From the NCBI RefSeq assembly GCF_963921235.1, contig NC_086108.1:19716001-19780000 (forward strand): a stretch of 64,000 nt of DNA. Reading direction: 5' to 3'. Source of the stretch: Mobula hypostoma (lineage: Eukaryota). Of the stretch, positions 39,101-53,141 are shown piece after piece (the stretch's first letter is position 1; every line of letters starts with the position of its first letter). Made by a program: the position numbers and the translations under genes. A model generated the notes under the pieces. The model did not search any database, had not been told where the DNA came from, and saw nothing but the letters and a program-made list of their open reading frames with translations.

Positions 39101-42100
39101 ATTTCTGCAAAGGAAATCGTATAAATCTGGATCTTGCGGTCAGGCAGTTCATAGGTGGCGGAGGGGTGGTTCATGTTAAGTAAATGTGGGTGTCAGTGGT
39201 GTCCATGTGGTTCAGGGGTAATGCGTTGTACCCAGGTGCAGGCATGTTGATCAGAAGTAGGGAGAGACCAGGATCTGGTTCTGGAGATTGCAAGGACCAA
39301 ATGCAGGCTTGGGGACTGAAGTGATTACAGGTAAAACTGACAAAATAAAAACAGGGCTGGCTCATTAGGTCCCACAAAGCAGAGTGGTGCAAAGGCTTCG
39401 GAAGAGGATACTGTGGTCGACTCTGTCAATTGGCAGCCAGGTAAAGCAGAGAGTGGTACAGACGCTTTGGAAGAGGATATTGTAGTTGTTTTTTTCAGCA
39501 GCAGCCAGGTAACGCAGGAGAAAGCTGAATGCTTGCTCGCACATCTGGATGACATATTGACTTGCAAAGCAGATCCATTTTCACAATCCCTTGATGTATG
39601 CTTGATGTAACTGATCTCATCCTGTTGTCTCTCTGGGAAGACTTTGAAAGAAGATGTGAAGGAGTTAAGTTTATAACAACTGTTGTATCCTAGTGATTCT
39701 GTTCTTTCCACCGTCTTATTGAGCTCCCACAGCTGGGTTCAGTCATTCTTTCCTGCTGCTTCTCTTAATGTTGCCAAAACTGAGTGTTTGCAATTGCTTT
39801 AACAGCTAAACAAAAGGCCATTAAAGAGAATTAAAAGTGCCACAGAATGAAGATTTAATTGTTCTTAGAATCATACAGGCAAATAAGGGCACATGGGTTC
39901 TTTATCAGGGTTGCAAATCTAACAATTATTATTCTTACATGATAGCATAGACTCTTGCTGTGTGTTCAGAAACATTTGGACAAGATGTTGAATGCAACAA
40001 CTACTTATATTTGTGTAGCATTTTTAACATTATAAAGCACCAAAAAACACTTGAAAATAATTTTTTTTAAAGTGCAGATACTGGATATCTGGGATGAAAA
40101 GGATAATGCTGCGCTCACCCAGCAGGTCAGGCAGCATCTGTGGAAAGAGAAGCATTTAGCAGTTCATGTTGAAGACCATTCATTTTGACAGAACCTTCAA
40201 ATTGAAACATTAACAGTTGTTTTCCCCTGACCCACATACTACCTGGCCTGAGTATATCGACCATTTTATATTTTTGTATCTGAATGCTCTTTATGGAACA
40301 ATGAAACAATAATTAACACAGGTGAGGTTTTGACTTTTGCACAAAACTGATAGAAAATTTATTGGAGATAGATGTGATGAATTTTAGACGGGGATATCAG
40401 AAGGTTAAGGTCTAGATCACTGCCAGTCTTCTCTGCAGGAAGTCCCTTGGAATCGAGGCTGATTTGTTCCCACTCCAGGTCTTTGGGTTTGGGGTATCTG
40501 AGGAGGCCAATGTGGATCCTTTAAATTCTTCCTAGGGTGGAGCAGGAGATGCTTGGTGTACAGTTGAGGACAGGCAGGTAATTTAGGAGGTGTTTTTCCC
40601 TTTCTCTGGGCTGTTGTACTCCTGACGAAAGTATTGAGTGGCATCTGGATGTGCCTCCATCCTGAGTTGCCATGAGTCACATACACCTGTGGGATTGGAA
40701 CAGTGAGCCAGGCACAAAGTGTTGATCTTCAAACCCTCCTGCCTTCAGATGGCCAAAAGTTGTGTTTATGTACTGGAAAAGGTGATGAACGTTGTCAATG
40801 CCTGCATTGCAAGTAGACCACTCTTAAGGGATTAGAGAATATGTTTCCCACCTTTCATTATGGACCTTTGTTGTCAAAGTGGGAAAATTGTTTTGCAAGC
40901 ATTAGTGTGTAATTCATTTTTTAAGTATGTTTGTGGACAACTCAATGACATGGCCTCCAAATATGCAGATGCACAAGCACCTGTGACTGTAGTTTGACAA
41001 TGCAACCTTTGTTCTTGAATGCAAGATTTCCATTCATCCTGAAGACGAGTTCTACTCCAGTTGGAAGTGAGCCTGGAGTTGAGGTGAAGTATTACAGTTG
41101 GAAAGATTGAGAATAACTTTGGATTGCTGACTCATGCTTAGTACTGGTCTGTACTGAGATCAGGTCTCTTGTAGACCTTTTTTGCTATGATCTTTGTTTA
41201 CATGACACTGAAGTAGAAGTGGGATGGACTTCTGATGACAATCACATTTGAGAAGCAATTGTCAGAAGCTGTTGTGAGGATGGAAAAAGGCCGCATACAG
41301 TGGTTGGTTGGTTCCACCACGTCATTTCTCTTGAAGTTGACCTGATGAAATTTCCAATAGTGGGAGAGTCTGCTATCAGAGGGACAACCTCAGAACAATA
41401 GGATGTCTCTTTAGAACAGAGTTGAGGAGGAATTTGTGCAGTTGGGGGGTGGTGAATCTGTGGAATTCATTGCCACAGATGGCTGTGGAGACCAAGTTAT
41501 TGGGAATATTTACAGTGGAGATTGATATGCTCTTCATTAGTAACTGTGTTGGAGTTTAAGAGGAGATGGCAGGAGAATGGAGTTGAGAGGGGAAAATAAA
41601 TCCGCTATGATGGAATGGCAGAGCAGTGTTATGGGCTGAATAGCCTAATTCTGCTCTGATGTCTTCTAAAGATCCTGTAATCTTGACTGATGGACTTGTG
41701 CTGACACCTGGCAGGAAGCATTTTTATCAGTGGGATGAGGTGGTTGTGAAGGAACTGAGTATAGATTTTCCTTGTGGTAGGCAGCAAGGGTTAGCCTTCC
41801 GATTAGAACATGGCAACCTTGAGGTCCTTCTTCCCAAAAATCATGTATGACAAAATTGACTGCATTTTCTCTCTGCCAGACTTCAGAGTTTTAGCCATAA
41901 TCCCATGGCCTCTTTATCTGGAATGGTGGTGTGGCTGCACCAGATGCTTTCCTGTAGGATTGAATCAAGAACATTAGTATCATGGCCAAACCATATGGAG
42001 GTGGTTTTCCCCAAAGTATTCCTTCTGGTGGGCATTGATTCCTTGCTCTCAGCAATGTGTTTTCTTAGGTGTTGGGCTATGGGTGGCCGATACAGTGTTG

Positions 42101-43038
42101 AAGATTCCTCAGACATTACTGGTATCAGTGAGTTTCTGGATCACCTGCACACTCATTCCATTGGCCATCTGTTTTTCAGGCCATGTGTTTTATGATGGAT
42201 CTCAGTCTTCAGATCCCTGCAGGGTTTCTTCTTTTCCTTCCATGTATGGTAGAGTTTTCAATCCAAGAATCTCCTGAGTATTCTTCTCAAATGAATCCTA
42301 GTGCTTTCTGGTGGTGAACCCAAGATTCTTTAGACTTCAGGGCATTGTAGACTCAGAAGGGCTTCTGGTGGTTGGAGGTGATCAGGTTGTCTGTTCTTGT
42401 AGAATAGCTACTTTTCGGGACAGTGCTCCTTAAAAAATTTTCACCACGTGTATGCTGCTGCCGATTTTCATTGAAATAATGCTCTGCAAAATTGAGGAAA
42501 AGATCAGTCAAAGCACAAGTAAAATCTACAAATAAGTCCTTGTGCAGGTACATGTATGACTGAGGCAGTTATTTTTAGAGGGAGTTACGATACCCAATGT
42601 GAGGCCCCTTGACTCTCTCAAATAATCTTGTGGTTGGAAGTGTTTGATGTTAGTTAGCTCCTGGTTTTAAAAATAATTTTGTCTTTTCTCTATGCTTTTG
42701 TATTTGGTTACAAGCTCTTTGGTAGGAGTGGTGGACCACAGTTGGTTTGCTTTCCTTCCTGTCCAAATGCATTCAATGTCATGACCTCAAGGCTAGAGTC
42801 AAAATAAATACCCTTTTTTTAAAAAAAAACTCCTCCTCCTGATAGGAATAGTGGAGAGAGAGAAATTGTGATAGATGAAGTTGTTTAAAACAGATTACCA
42901 ACTGGAATCTTTTTGCACTAATTGGAGTGTGAATGGGAAGTGTTCTTAATTCTGTAAAATTTACTGCTCTCCAAAAATTGCAGAAGTAGTAGGTTTTTTC
43001 CTGTATATGCTTGGTAATGAGTGGTTCTTTATTTTTAG

Positions 43039-43194
43039 GTATCTTCTGTCAGGTGGATGATGCGTGTGTTAGTAACCCTTGTCACGAAGGAGCCACATGT
43101 GAAACCAACCCTCTCAAAAGCAGTTTCTTTTGCAGTTGCCCTCTTGGGTACAAAGGCACCGTCTGTGATAAGGATATCAATGAATGTTCTCTGG
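43039..43194 (+). CDS. notch2: Notch exon 7; EGF10 and start of EGF11
   Basis: ttttag|GT acceptor, CTGG|gtaagc donor, 156 nt; IFCQVDDACVSNPCHEGATC...DINECSLG. Confidence 0.95.
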
Positions 43195-44070
43195 GTAAGC
43201 AGTCACATCATCTCATTGTCACATAACGTATTGTGTTCCACAGATTACCAACAAAGGTGGTTTCTTTTCATTCATTCTTGGGGATATGGATATCATGGGT
43301 AAGCCTGCCTTTTTGTCTTCACCCCAACCCGGTTTGTCCTCCTGAAGTCACGTGGCAAAAGCACTTCCACATTGGAAGTAAGGAGGAAGTCTGGGATAAT
43401 GATCCCATGATGAAGGGGAACATTGGATGATACATCAGTCTTTTGTGTTTCTCTGTGTTAGAGGAAGATGTCCTCAATGGCCAAGATGAAATCACTAGGA
43501 CCCCTTTAAGGTTGAGAGGGAGGAAAACATTCCTGTCAGTCATCCAGTTCAAAGAACAATGCAGGTGCTTTATTTAACTCTGTCCAGTTTCCAACTCAGA
43601 GTTTGTTATTAACTAATTATGCTGAGGTTGGTGGGGTTGGCAGGCAGGTGGAGGTCACACTACTGTAATTGAGTGCAATTCTGTTGGCTTAATGAGCTGT
43701 ATGTTGCTGGTCACTTCCTCCAGGTTCTTTCAAGACAGTTTTGAGAATTCTGCGGGTGTGACCTCCCATTCCTTTTTATTTCCCTGCCTCAACCCATGTG
43801 CCAAACAAAACTTCCTGCATTGGAAGAATAATATGAGCTGGAATCTGTTAAAACTCAGGGGAAGATGGTCTGTTTGATGGTTGGTGTTGCCGGCAAATGC
43901 TGCCAGGAGATTTAAATATTGAGCGAGAGCAATAACTTTTGAAAAGGGAGTGTATGTTTTGGTAGAGGACAAAAATGTTAAAAATGGTGCTTCTTGCATC
44001 AGTCATTGTTGCCGCTGCTCAAAGCTCATGATGCATGCAGCCTTGTTTCACACCATGTCTCTGTTTGTAG

Positions 44071-44256
44071 GGGGCAATCCTTGTGAACATGGAGGGAAGT
44101 GTGTAAATACCAAGGGCTCATTCCGCTGTGAGTGTGCTGTGGGTTATTCTGGACCACGCTGTGAAATGGACATCAACGAGTGCCTTGCCATGCCCTGCCT
44201 GAATGATGCTACCTGCTTGGACCAGATCGGTGAATTCAAGTGCATTTGTATGCCAG
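44071..44256 (+). CDS. notch2: Notch exon 8; EGF11-12 (ligand-binding core)
   Basis: ttgtag|GG acceptor, CCAG|gtgagg donor, 186 nt; [10 protein letters not shown]...[35 protein letters not shown]. Confidence 0.95.
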
Positions 44257-45139
44257 GTGAGGAAAGCTGGGACAGAGGCCCAGCAAACAGGCTTTATGTT
44301 GGAATTACCAGATAATAGTTGCTGGTAATAATTGAGTCGCTCTCTAATCAGGGTCATGGAATCGTATAGCAGGAGAATATAATTTCAACCCATTGAGTTT
44401 GTCTTGACCATTGTGTACCTGCTTACACTGATCTTTTCTATGTTTCTATGTTTCTATCTCACATTAATCCCATTTTATGCTCCCGGTACTTCCCTCTACT
44501 CCCCCCAACAGTCACCAGCGCACCAGGAGCAATTCAGAATGGCAAGGCAACTTAACAACCCATACATGTGTGAGGAGACTGAAGCATTGAGGGGGAAACC
44601 CACACAGTCCCAAAGAGAAACTGAAGACGCCACACAGTCAGCACAGGAGGTCTGGCTTGCACCAGGGTGTCTGGAACTGTGAGGTAGCACCTCTGCTCAC
44701 TGCACCACAGTTGTGTCCCTATAATTGAACATCTCCATTCTCTCCTCAACAAATACTGCCTCGATGTAAGGAAAACTCCCAAAAATAAATGAACAAAATG
44801 GCAGAATGTCAATCCAGCCCAAGTTGATGTGTGGGTTGGTGGAATTGTTTTTTTAAATGAGTATATAACAATTAATTCAGTAATTTTTGAGTACATTATT
44901 AGACTAACTCAACTTTAATATGTTTGAATCTCTGCATCTTACTATAAAGTTAAATGGCAAGTTAAATAGTCATGAGGCATAAATTGCAGTAATTCAGTGA
45001 AACTTGCAGCTGTATCAGATTGCAATGACATTGTCAGTTATGCAGATTATCATGGAGAAACCAAGAAAGACAAGTATGTCCACAGACTGAAGCCAATTTA
45101 GGCTCTTCTAATAATATAGGTATTCTGGACATTGAACAG

Positions 45140-46035
45140 AACCGGGTTTATTATCACTGGCATGTGTTGTGAAATTTGCTAACTTAGCAGCAGCAGTTCA
45201 ATGCAATATAGAAAGAAAAATATATAAGTAAACAATTACAGTAAATATATACGTGTGTGTATATGTGTAATATATATATTAAATCAGAAAACATATATAT
45301 ATTAAAACAAGTGCGGTAGTATTTATAGGTTCAATGTCCATTTAGGAATCGGATGGCAGAGGGGAAGAAGCTGTTTCTGAATCACTGAGTGTGATTCAGT
45401 GATCACACTCAGTGACGGCAACAATAAACAGAGAACATGTCCTGGGTGATGGGGGTGTCCTTTATAATGGACATCGCCTTTCTGAGACACCGTGCCCAGA
45501 AGATATTTTGGATACTATGGAGGCTAGTACCTAAGATGGCTAATTCTACAACTTTCTGTAACTTTCAGTCTTGTTCAGTAGCACCCTTTCTTCCCCCACC
45601 CCTCCCACCTCCATACCATACCAGACAGGGATGCATCCTGTCAGAATGCTCTCCACGGTACGTCTGTAGAATGTTTTCGAGTGTTTTAGGTGACAAACCA
45701 AACCTCTTCAAACTCCTAATGAAATATAGCTGCTGTCCTGTCTTCTTTATAGCTGCATCTATATTTTGGGTTCAGGTTAGATCCTCAGAGATCTTGACTT
45801 GGAATTGCTCACTCTCTCCACTTCTGATCCCTCTAGGACGATTGGTTCGTGTTCCCTCATCTTGCCCTTCCTGAAGTCCACATTCAGCTCTTTTGTCTTA
45901 CTGACGTTGAGTGCAAGGTTGTTGCTGCGACGCCACTCAACCAGCCGGTATATCTCACTTCTGTACACCCTGTCACCTCCATCTGAGATTCTAACAATGG
46001 TTGTATCATCAACAAATTTATAGATGGTTTAGAAG
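45140..46035 (-). mobile_element. Rex1/Babar-like fragment
   Basis: YRSEIYRLVEWRRSNNLALNVSKTKELNVDFRK motif. Confidence 0.75.
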
Positions 46036-46990
46036 CTTGATGATTTCTTGGCTGTTCTGATTGTACAGAAAGAGCAGAGCTCAGCATGTTGTTTCAGTGC
46101 TTCAATCTCTGTTTGGAATAATATTCCTCTCTCCACCAAATATTTGGATCATCCAGAAACTTGAAGGTCATTCTTGTGAGCAGTGGATAGTTTATGGAAA
46201 TGCAGGCCTGAGTAGTAAATGTGTTTGATTGTTATAGATGTCATCTATTTTGTTGGTAATCAGAAAATACACAAAAACCACTCTGTGGTAACCACGCCTT
46301 CACAGCATTGAATGAATAGCATCAAAAGTACATACGACCGATAAGGAGGAACAATTATTAAAATTGGAAATAGAGAGGAACCGAGTTCTGCTGTTCATAG
46401 AAACAACCCTTTGTAAATGCATTAAACTTCTGAATTTAAGGGTATTATGCGAACTCATTTGTATGGCAGGGTGGCTGTAAGTTGGGTGTTTCTAACCCTG
46501 CCTTTGGCCTGTGATGGAAAGTAATGTCACTGCTGCTGTCTGCTAACCAATTGCGCCACACAGTGGCGAGGCCTGGGCTTGTATCTGAATGGCTGCTCCA
46601 CAGTTATAAGGTGCTGTGTGATCTTGTACCTCAATTTGAACATGTACTCCCAAAATGAAACTCCCTCATTTGTGCTGTGGAGAGTCAACCCGGCCATTGG
46701 CTGCAGGTTCTGGAATTGGATTTGAAACAACAACCTGACAACTAAGGTAGGCATGCATCCAACAAGCCGTACCGAAGCCATTTGGAAGCAGCAATTTACT
46801 TCTCTTGTCTAAATTGAGGAGGTTAATTCCTCAGATACTAGAAATGCTCAGCAGGCCAGGCAGCACCTGTAGAGAGACAGACAGTTCTCATTTCAAGTCA
46901 TTGGAACATGTTTTTAGACATAACTCCTTCTGCTAATAAGTCTGCTTGCACAACCCTGGGCAGCTCTCACCATGTCTTTGTTGATACCAG

Positions 46991-47104
46991 GCTTTGTGGG
47001 AGTATACTGTGAGACCAACATCGATGAGTGTGAAAGCCAGCCGTGCCTCAATAATGGTGTGTGCAAGGACGAGGTGAACAGATTTGCTTGCAAATGCCCA
47101 CCTG
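46991..47104 (+). CDS. notch2: Notch exon 9; EGF13
   Basis: accag|GC acceptor, CCTG|gtgagt donor, 114 nt; [38 protein letters not shown]. Confidence 0.95.
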
Positions 47105-50100
47105 GTGAGTACAAGTTTTCAAGTTCAGCTTACTCTTGTGCTTAAAGTAAGGCAAAGGGATTCTTCTCGGTAACTCAGAGCTAATCTAGAAAGAGAGCCT
47201 GAACCCTATTCACCTCAATTACTGAATTCTTCTGGGGTTACATTTTCTCCGGTGGGGATTGGATGATTTGTCCCAATTGCACTTGACCAGTGACTGCTCC
47301 AGATAACTTGTGTCATCTGAGTTTTCTTATCAGAATAATGCTGATGCTTCCCATTACTGATGGCAGGTGCATTTGTACTTAGATGATTTACCCACCACTA
47401 CATACACGTCACCTTGTGCCATTTTATGTAAAGGTACATAAATCCAGTCTATGTATATAGCAGTTACTTCTACATTGTGCTTTGTAGGATTGTGTTTGTA
47501 TTTATTGTGTTCTTTATGCTTATTGTGTATTTTTATGCTGCATTGGATCTGAAGTAACAATCATTTCGTTCTCTTGTACTGAGGTAGGACAATATACAAT
47601 CTTAAATGAGAAGTGAATGATAAATAATTGTATCATAACTAAGATGGGGACTGAGATGGCAGTGATGCTCTTTCACACATTCCTATCGAGGTATGTGCCT
47701 GTGTATGTAGTCTACAGGCTCGGGTACGTGCAAGAAGCAGCCGGAAAATTGGAAGCAAAAGCTCAGAATATATTCTGGGCAGTGGGGGATGTGGGGTGGC
47801 CCCCGGCTGGAAATGATGAATTGTTGTTCTTGGGGAGGTAACCATTTCAGTGATTGGCATCCCAGAATGGGCATGGAGATGGTCGAAAGGCTTGCCACTC
47901 AGTGACTTCCCTGAAGGGACTGCAACCCTCCCTGTCCTGGAATTTAAGGCAAAAACATGGTTGGAGGTTTTCCATTAAGCAGAGTGTGGTCACCTGTGTC
48001 CTGCCCTCCAGGATGGTGTTCTTTTTTTCGAGCTTTGCTCTTGAATAACCATGTCATTTCTCTGACAGTAACTAGTAATAAATTATTCAGATAGCGGATT
48101 TTGTTACTCCTCTGTCAATAGGCCAGAGCCCTTTCGTAACCAGCCTCGTTGACTGACACTGCTGCATATTTTTTAATGAAACCAGCCCATAGTCCTTGTA
48201 GCGGCTGACTGCTGCTGACAGGACCTATTCTGATCGGTGTTGTTCAAGAAGGCAGGCAGTGGAGCAGTGGAGCGCTGTCTGCTCTGCATACCAATGGAAA
48301 GCAGCCTCATTGTGGAGAGTGAGGAAAGCTGTAGAGGCCACTTCAGAAGCGCATAATCGGAGTACTGTTTCCCACTGCAGGGCAACAGCATTGGCTGGAC
48401 TTTTCTTCACTTTGCTACCCACACCCCTCGGGGAAAATAATGTACTCGTCCCAGGATCTCTTGTGTGAGGAAGCAAGTGATCTGTGAGCTCTAAGCTGCT
48501 CACTTGTGAATAATAGTGCTCGGCGTTCATGATATTGCAACAGTGGTACATTGGAATGTAGCAGCAATGGGCAAGGGAGAGCTTTCGTTGCAGCTGGGAC
48601 ATGGGGATGGCTAGGCGAGAGAGGAAAAAAGAGGAGGGAAAGTTGTGCAGAGACACAGCATCTATAAAAGATAGGTTGCTGATGACATCAGACTGCAGTA
48701 GTCAACTAGGCATGGCTTTTCAACAGGAACTTCAAAAATTGATTGTTTCTTAAAATATTTTTCAGATAAGTATTTTGTGGCATCAGTTTGATCATCCTGG
48801 TTTTGCAATTAGAACGTTACAGGACTTTGTACACCTCAGATGCTAGAGTCCATGCATTTAAGGTGAGACAGGGAAAGGTTAAAGATATGTGGGGACAGGG
48901 TGGTGGGTGCTTGGACTCTGCTGCCACGTACAACAGTGGTGTTTAACAAACTTTTAGACAGGCACATGGACATACAGGGAATGGAGAGGTACCGGTTGTG
49001 TGTGGGCAGAAGAGATTTAGCTGAATTTGGCGTTGTGTTTGGTGCGGACACTGGGCAGAAGGGCCTGTTTCTGTGCTGTACTCGTCTCTCTTCCTTGTTC
49101 TCAGTAGGTCAGGTGACATCTCCAGAGAGGTCTCGGTCTAATGATCTTGAAAACAAATGCCTGTTTAAAAAAAATATACCGGGTTGTGTATTTATAATTC
49201 TCCACTCCCCCCCAAAAAAAAAACAACTAATAAGGATTTATGCTTTCTACTGGGTTGTTGGACCATGCAGCTGTTCATGGGATCTTTATTGCTGCCCTTT
49301 CTTTCCGCAGCTTTTTATCAGCGTTATTCTATGACCAAAAGGTTTGGTTACAAAACTGAACCATTGCTGCCCAATGTGTGGCTTGGAGCTTCTGTGCTTT
49401 GCTATTCATTCATTTGTTATGTGTTTTAATACATTCACTAAAATCAAGATCCCTTATCTGATTGGGCAGAGTGATCGGTGTCTTATAGGAAGCAGAATGT
49501 GCAATCTTGGAAGGAATTGGCTGAATTGGTTCATTTTGGGGGGGGGGGGTTATTGCTGTCGTACTTCACAGTATTTTACTAATGAGTTATGCAATAGTGG
49601 TTTAGATTGTATCTAGCAACTTCAATCATACCCTTGTGTTTACAAGGATGATTGTGTGCAGGCGAGTGCATGTTTAGCAAAATATATAAGGCACTGTGCA
49701 AAAGTCTGTGTCAAAGACTTTTGAGGAAAACCAGGTAATTGCAAAGGGTTCACAAACTTTTTCTTGCAACTGTATTAAGCATCATCCTGTTCCACATGCA
49801 GATACATTCATAATTAAAAGTCCTCTGTTTAGTATCTCTCTGATACGTTTTTTAAAAAAAAAATTACTTAGTGCAAAATAAGGTGTTGGAAAGGTGTAAT
49901 TTTGTGAAACAAGTTCATGATGCGATATATCCTGGCAGTTTATCGGGATATGCGGAGAACACAGGAAGCAGTGCACTTTTATCTCCTTTCACTTCCCTTG
50001 CAGTGAATATTTCCACTCTGGGTGACAAAGAGGAATCTGCATTCCTGTTGGTTGTTGCTCAGTGTACCTGTTTCAGCATATAATTTGAGAAGTTTGCAAA

Positions 50101-50587
50101 AAGCTAATGAATATTTCCTTGTTTGCGAAGGAAGATCGATGCAATCCTGTGATAATGGCACCTTCCTCTTTGGAAAGTTCTCCCAAGTTCCCGGAGGCTA
50201 CCAAGCAGTTCTGTTGTTGAGTGCATAAAGCAGCAGGATTCCAAAGCACACTTGGCTGTTGCCAGGCAGCTGGTCACTCTCCGTGCCATTTCAACTAGAG
50301 GCAGGTGCTTGTGCAATTCACCTTGGTTCTTTGTCTCCCACTGTTGGCCACGTTTTGTCTGACAGTGGATTCCCCTCACACTCCAGCAAGACTGAAAACC
50401 CCTTTGCACCTATTCTGAGCCAAAGCATAACTTTGAGTGTAACTTTACAGTCTTTGGGAGAGGAGTGAGACATTGCACGTGCGGGGTAGGGTCAGGAGTA
50501 TGAGCTAACAGAAAAGAAGAATGTGAAACAGATGAATTTCGCACTTCATTCATCCCAATTCCCCTCATCTATTGCCTCACAGATATA

Positions 50588-51205
50588 GTCATAGAAAAAC
50601 TACAGCACAGAAAGAGGACTTTCAGCCCATCTATTCCATGCCAAACCATTTAAACTGCCTAGTCCCATTGGCATGCACCTGGACCATAGCCCTCCATACC
50701 CCTACCATCCACGTACCTATCCAAACTTAAACGCTGAAATTGAATCCACCACTTGTTCTGGCAGCTCTTAACCTCTCAACCATCTGAGTGAAGAAGTTTC
50801 ACCTCATGTTCCCCTTAAATATCTCACCTTTTACCCTTAACCCATGACTTCTAGTTGTAGTCTGACCCAACCTCAGTCGGAAAAGCCTGCTTGCCTCTGC
50901 CCTATCTATACCTCTCATAATTTTGTATATCTCTATCAAATCTCCTTTCAATCTTCTCTGATCCAAGAAATAGACCTAACTTATTCAATCTTTCTTTAAA
51001 ACTGGCAGAATCATTGTACATTTTCTCTGTACTCTTTCATTCTTATTTATATCTTTTCTGTAGGTAGGTGGCCAAAACTGTACACAATACTCCAAATTGG
51101 GCCTTATAAATTCCTTGTACAACTCCAACATAACATCCCAACTCCTGTACTCAGTACTTTGAACTCCGAAGGCCAATGTGCCAAAAGCTTTCTTTACGAC
51201 CCTAT
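50588..51205 (-). mobile_element. CR1 3' fragment
   Basis: DVMLELYKEFIRPNLEYCVQFW motif and 3' UTR. Confidence 0.8.
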
Positions 51206-53027
51206 ATGAACCAAGAGTAAGTACTTAACCACTGGCAATGATAGTCCTCCCTTGAACTCAGTTGCTCTGATCAACACACACTTCCAGAAGAAGATGGCAG
51301 CAGGTTGAAAGCAAGAAGTGATAAGGAAGCCCTGGCTTTTTGGGAGAAGATTGTTGGCTATTGACTCAGCCAAACCTGACTGCTCCAAACATATCCACCA
51401 GATCCTCCCACCTCAGCCCCACACCCAAACTTTGCTTTACATTTGTCGTTTCATACTCACTGAGGTCAAATATAGTCAATGTTGTACATACTAAGCAGGA
51501 GAAACAGCAGGAGCGTACTACTCATTCTCTGAAAAGCTACTCTGCTGTTCAATAAGATTATGACTGAGTTGGGATAAGTACTGAAGCACTTGTGGGAAAT
51601 GTGCTCAGATGTTTCCCATGTTTCTGTTGTCAAATATGCTCTTCACTCTGCAGACTTTAATCCGCAGTTAGGTTCCTTTCAACGTGCACTGCCTATCTAC
51701 TAATGTGTTATAGGAGCTGGATCCTATCCAAAGTATAGGTATGTTGTAATGCTGTCTTCCAACTTCATCTGATGATGATAGGACAAGGAGGGCTGGGGAA
51801 TGGTGCTCGTAGAGATTCATTTAAGGACATTTATCATCCGTGGCAAGGAATAATCAACTTGTTCCTGCTGATTGTGACTCAGCCAACTATAAATCCCTGG
51901 CAAGGTTGTAGAGTCAACATATGCTAAGTATTTTTTTTAAATAAAATTCCTTTTTAAATATTTTGTCTTGTGCAACAAATGCAAATTAAGTGGCATTTTT
52001 TAGATGCAACTGAACTAGAATGTTCAGCTCTGAAATAGGATGAAAAAATTATTTTGACCTTGTATTGCACTGCTGTGTCTTCCAAGCCAGCTGGTATGAC
52101 CACCCCAGCTGCCCAACCCTACTTTATCCAATATTATCTTGATAATTTATTTGCTTCAACTGCTCCTTGGGGTAGTGAATTCCATGTTGCAACGACTTTC
52201 TGGGTAAAGTAGCTTCTCAATTGCCCTTTCGACAAGAAGGGCCACCAAACATTTCCAACCTTGGACTCTTCCCAAAACTGGAAACATTATTTATCCTTCT
52301 TGTTATCAAATCCTTAATAATTTATTGTATTCTTTCAGAAAATGTGGCTGTTACTGGAAAGTCAGCAACTGATGCTCAGCTCTAATTGTCCTTGAAGGCA
52401 GAAGTTGGCTGCTTGCTCTAAGCAGTACACTCAGTACTGTTAGGGTGGGAGCTTGGGTAAGAACTTGGACCTGGCAACAATAAAGGAACAGTGATATATT
52501 TCCCATTATATGCTGACAACCACATTCCCTGAAAAGATTTCAATAACTAGTGAATTGGATTAAGTTAGATGGAGAGATGATTGCAATTGTCGAGAAATTT
52601 AAAAGGTGTTAGAACTATATGATGCTGGATAATCCAACGTATCTGTTTTTTTTAATTATTGTTAAACTCTATTACAGAGATGTGGTATAATTGAGACTCT
52701 CTTAGCCATTTCAAGGTCTGGAGGATGAACCAGATCAGTAACCTTCCTTCCTTCACAGAAGGACTTCACAAAATGAACCAGTTACAAAATTTTATGAGAA
52801 TTAGTTTGTTTCAAAGTCAATGTTTAAAAACCATTTTTTTTTTTAAATCAGGATGTATTTATTTAAGAATTTAAATGAAATATTTCAATTTGAGCTTGTT
52901 TTGGAACTCTCTATCCTGGTCTCTTTGTTACCTGTTCATAAGTGTCACTGTTCCCTTAAAGGCCTTTTGAAGTTTTCTGTGCTCTTGTTCACTTTTCTGA
53001 GTGTGCCTGTGTGTGCATTTGCTTCAG

Positions 53028-53141
53028 GTTTTGCTGGGAATATGTGCCAGATCGATATTGATGAGTGTGCCAGCACACCCTGCCAGCATGGAGCCAAATG
53101 TATTGATCGCCCAAATGCGTTTGAGTGCGAGTGCAGTGAAG
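53028..53141 (+). CDS. notch2: Notch exon 10; EGF14
   Basis: ttcag|GT acceptor, GAAG|gtaaag donor, 114 nt; [38 protein letters not shown]. Confidence 0.95.

Noticed and set aside
40845..40885. Paired CSL site TTCCCAC...GTGGGAA
   Set aside because: Wrong orientation and a 27-nt spacer.
41650..42650. Possible L1/Tx1-like remnant (also an L2-like stretch at about 38480-39500)
   Set aside because: Too degraded to assign a family or boundaries by eye.
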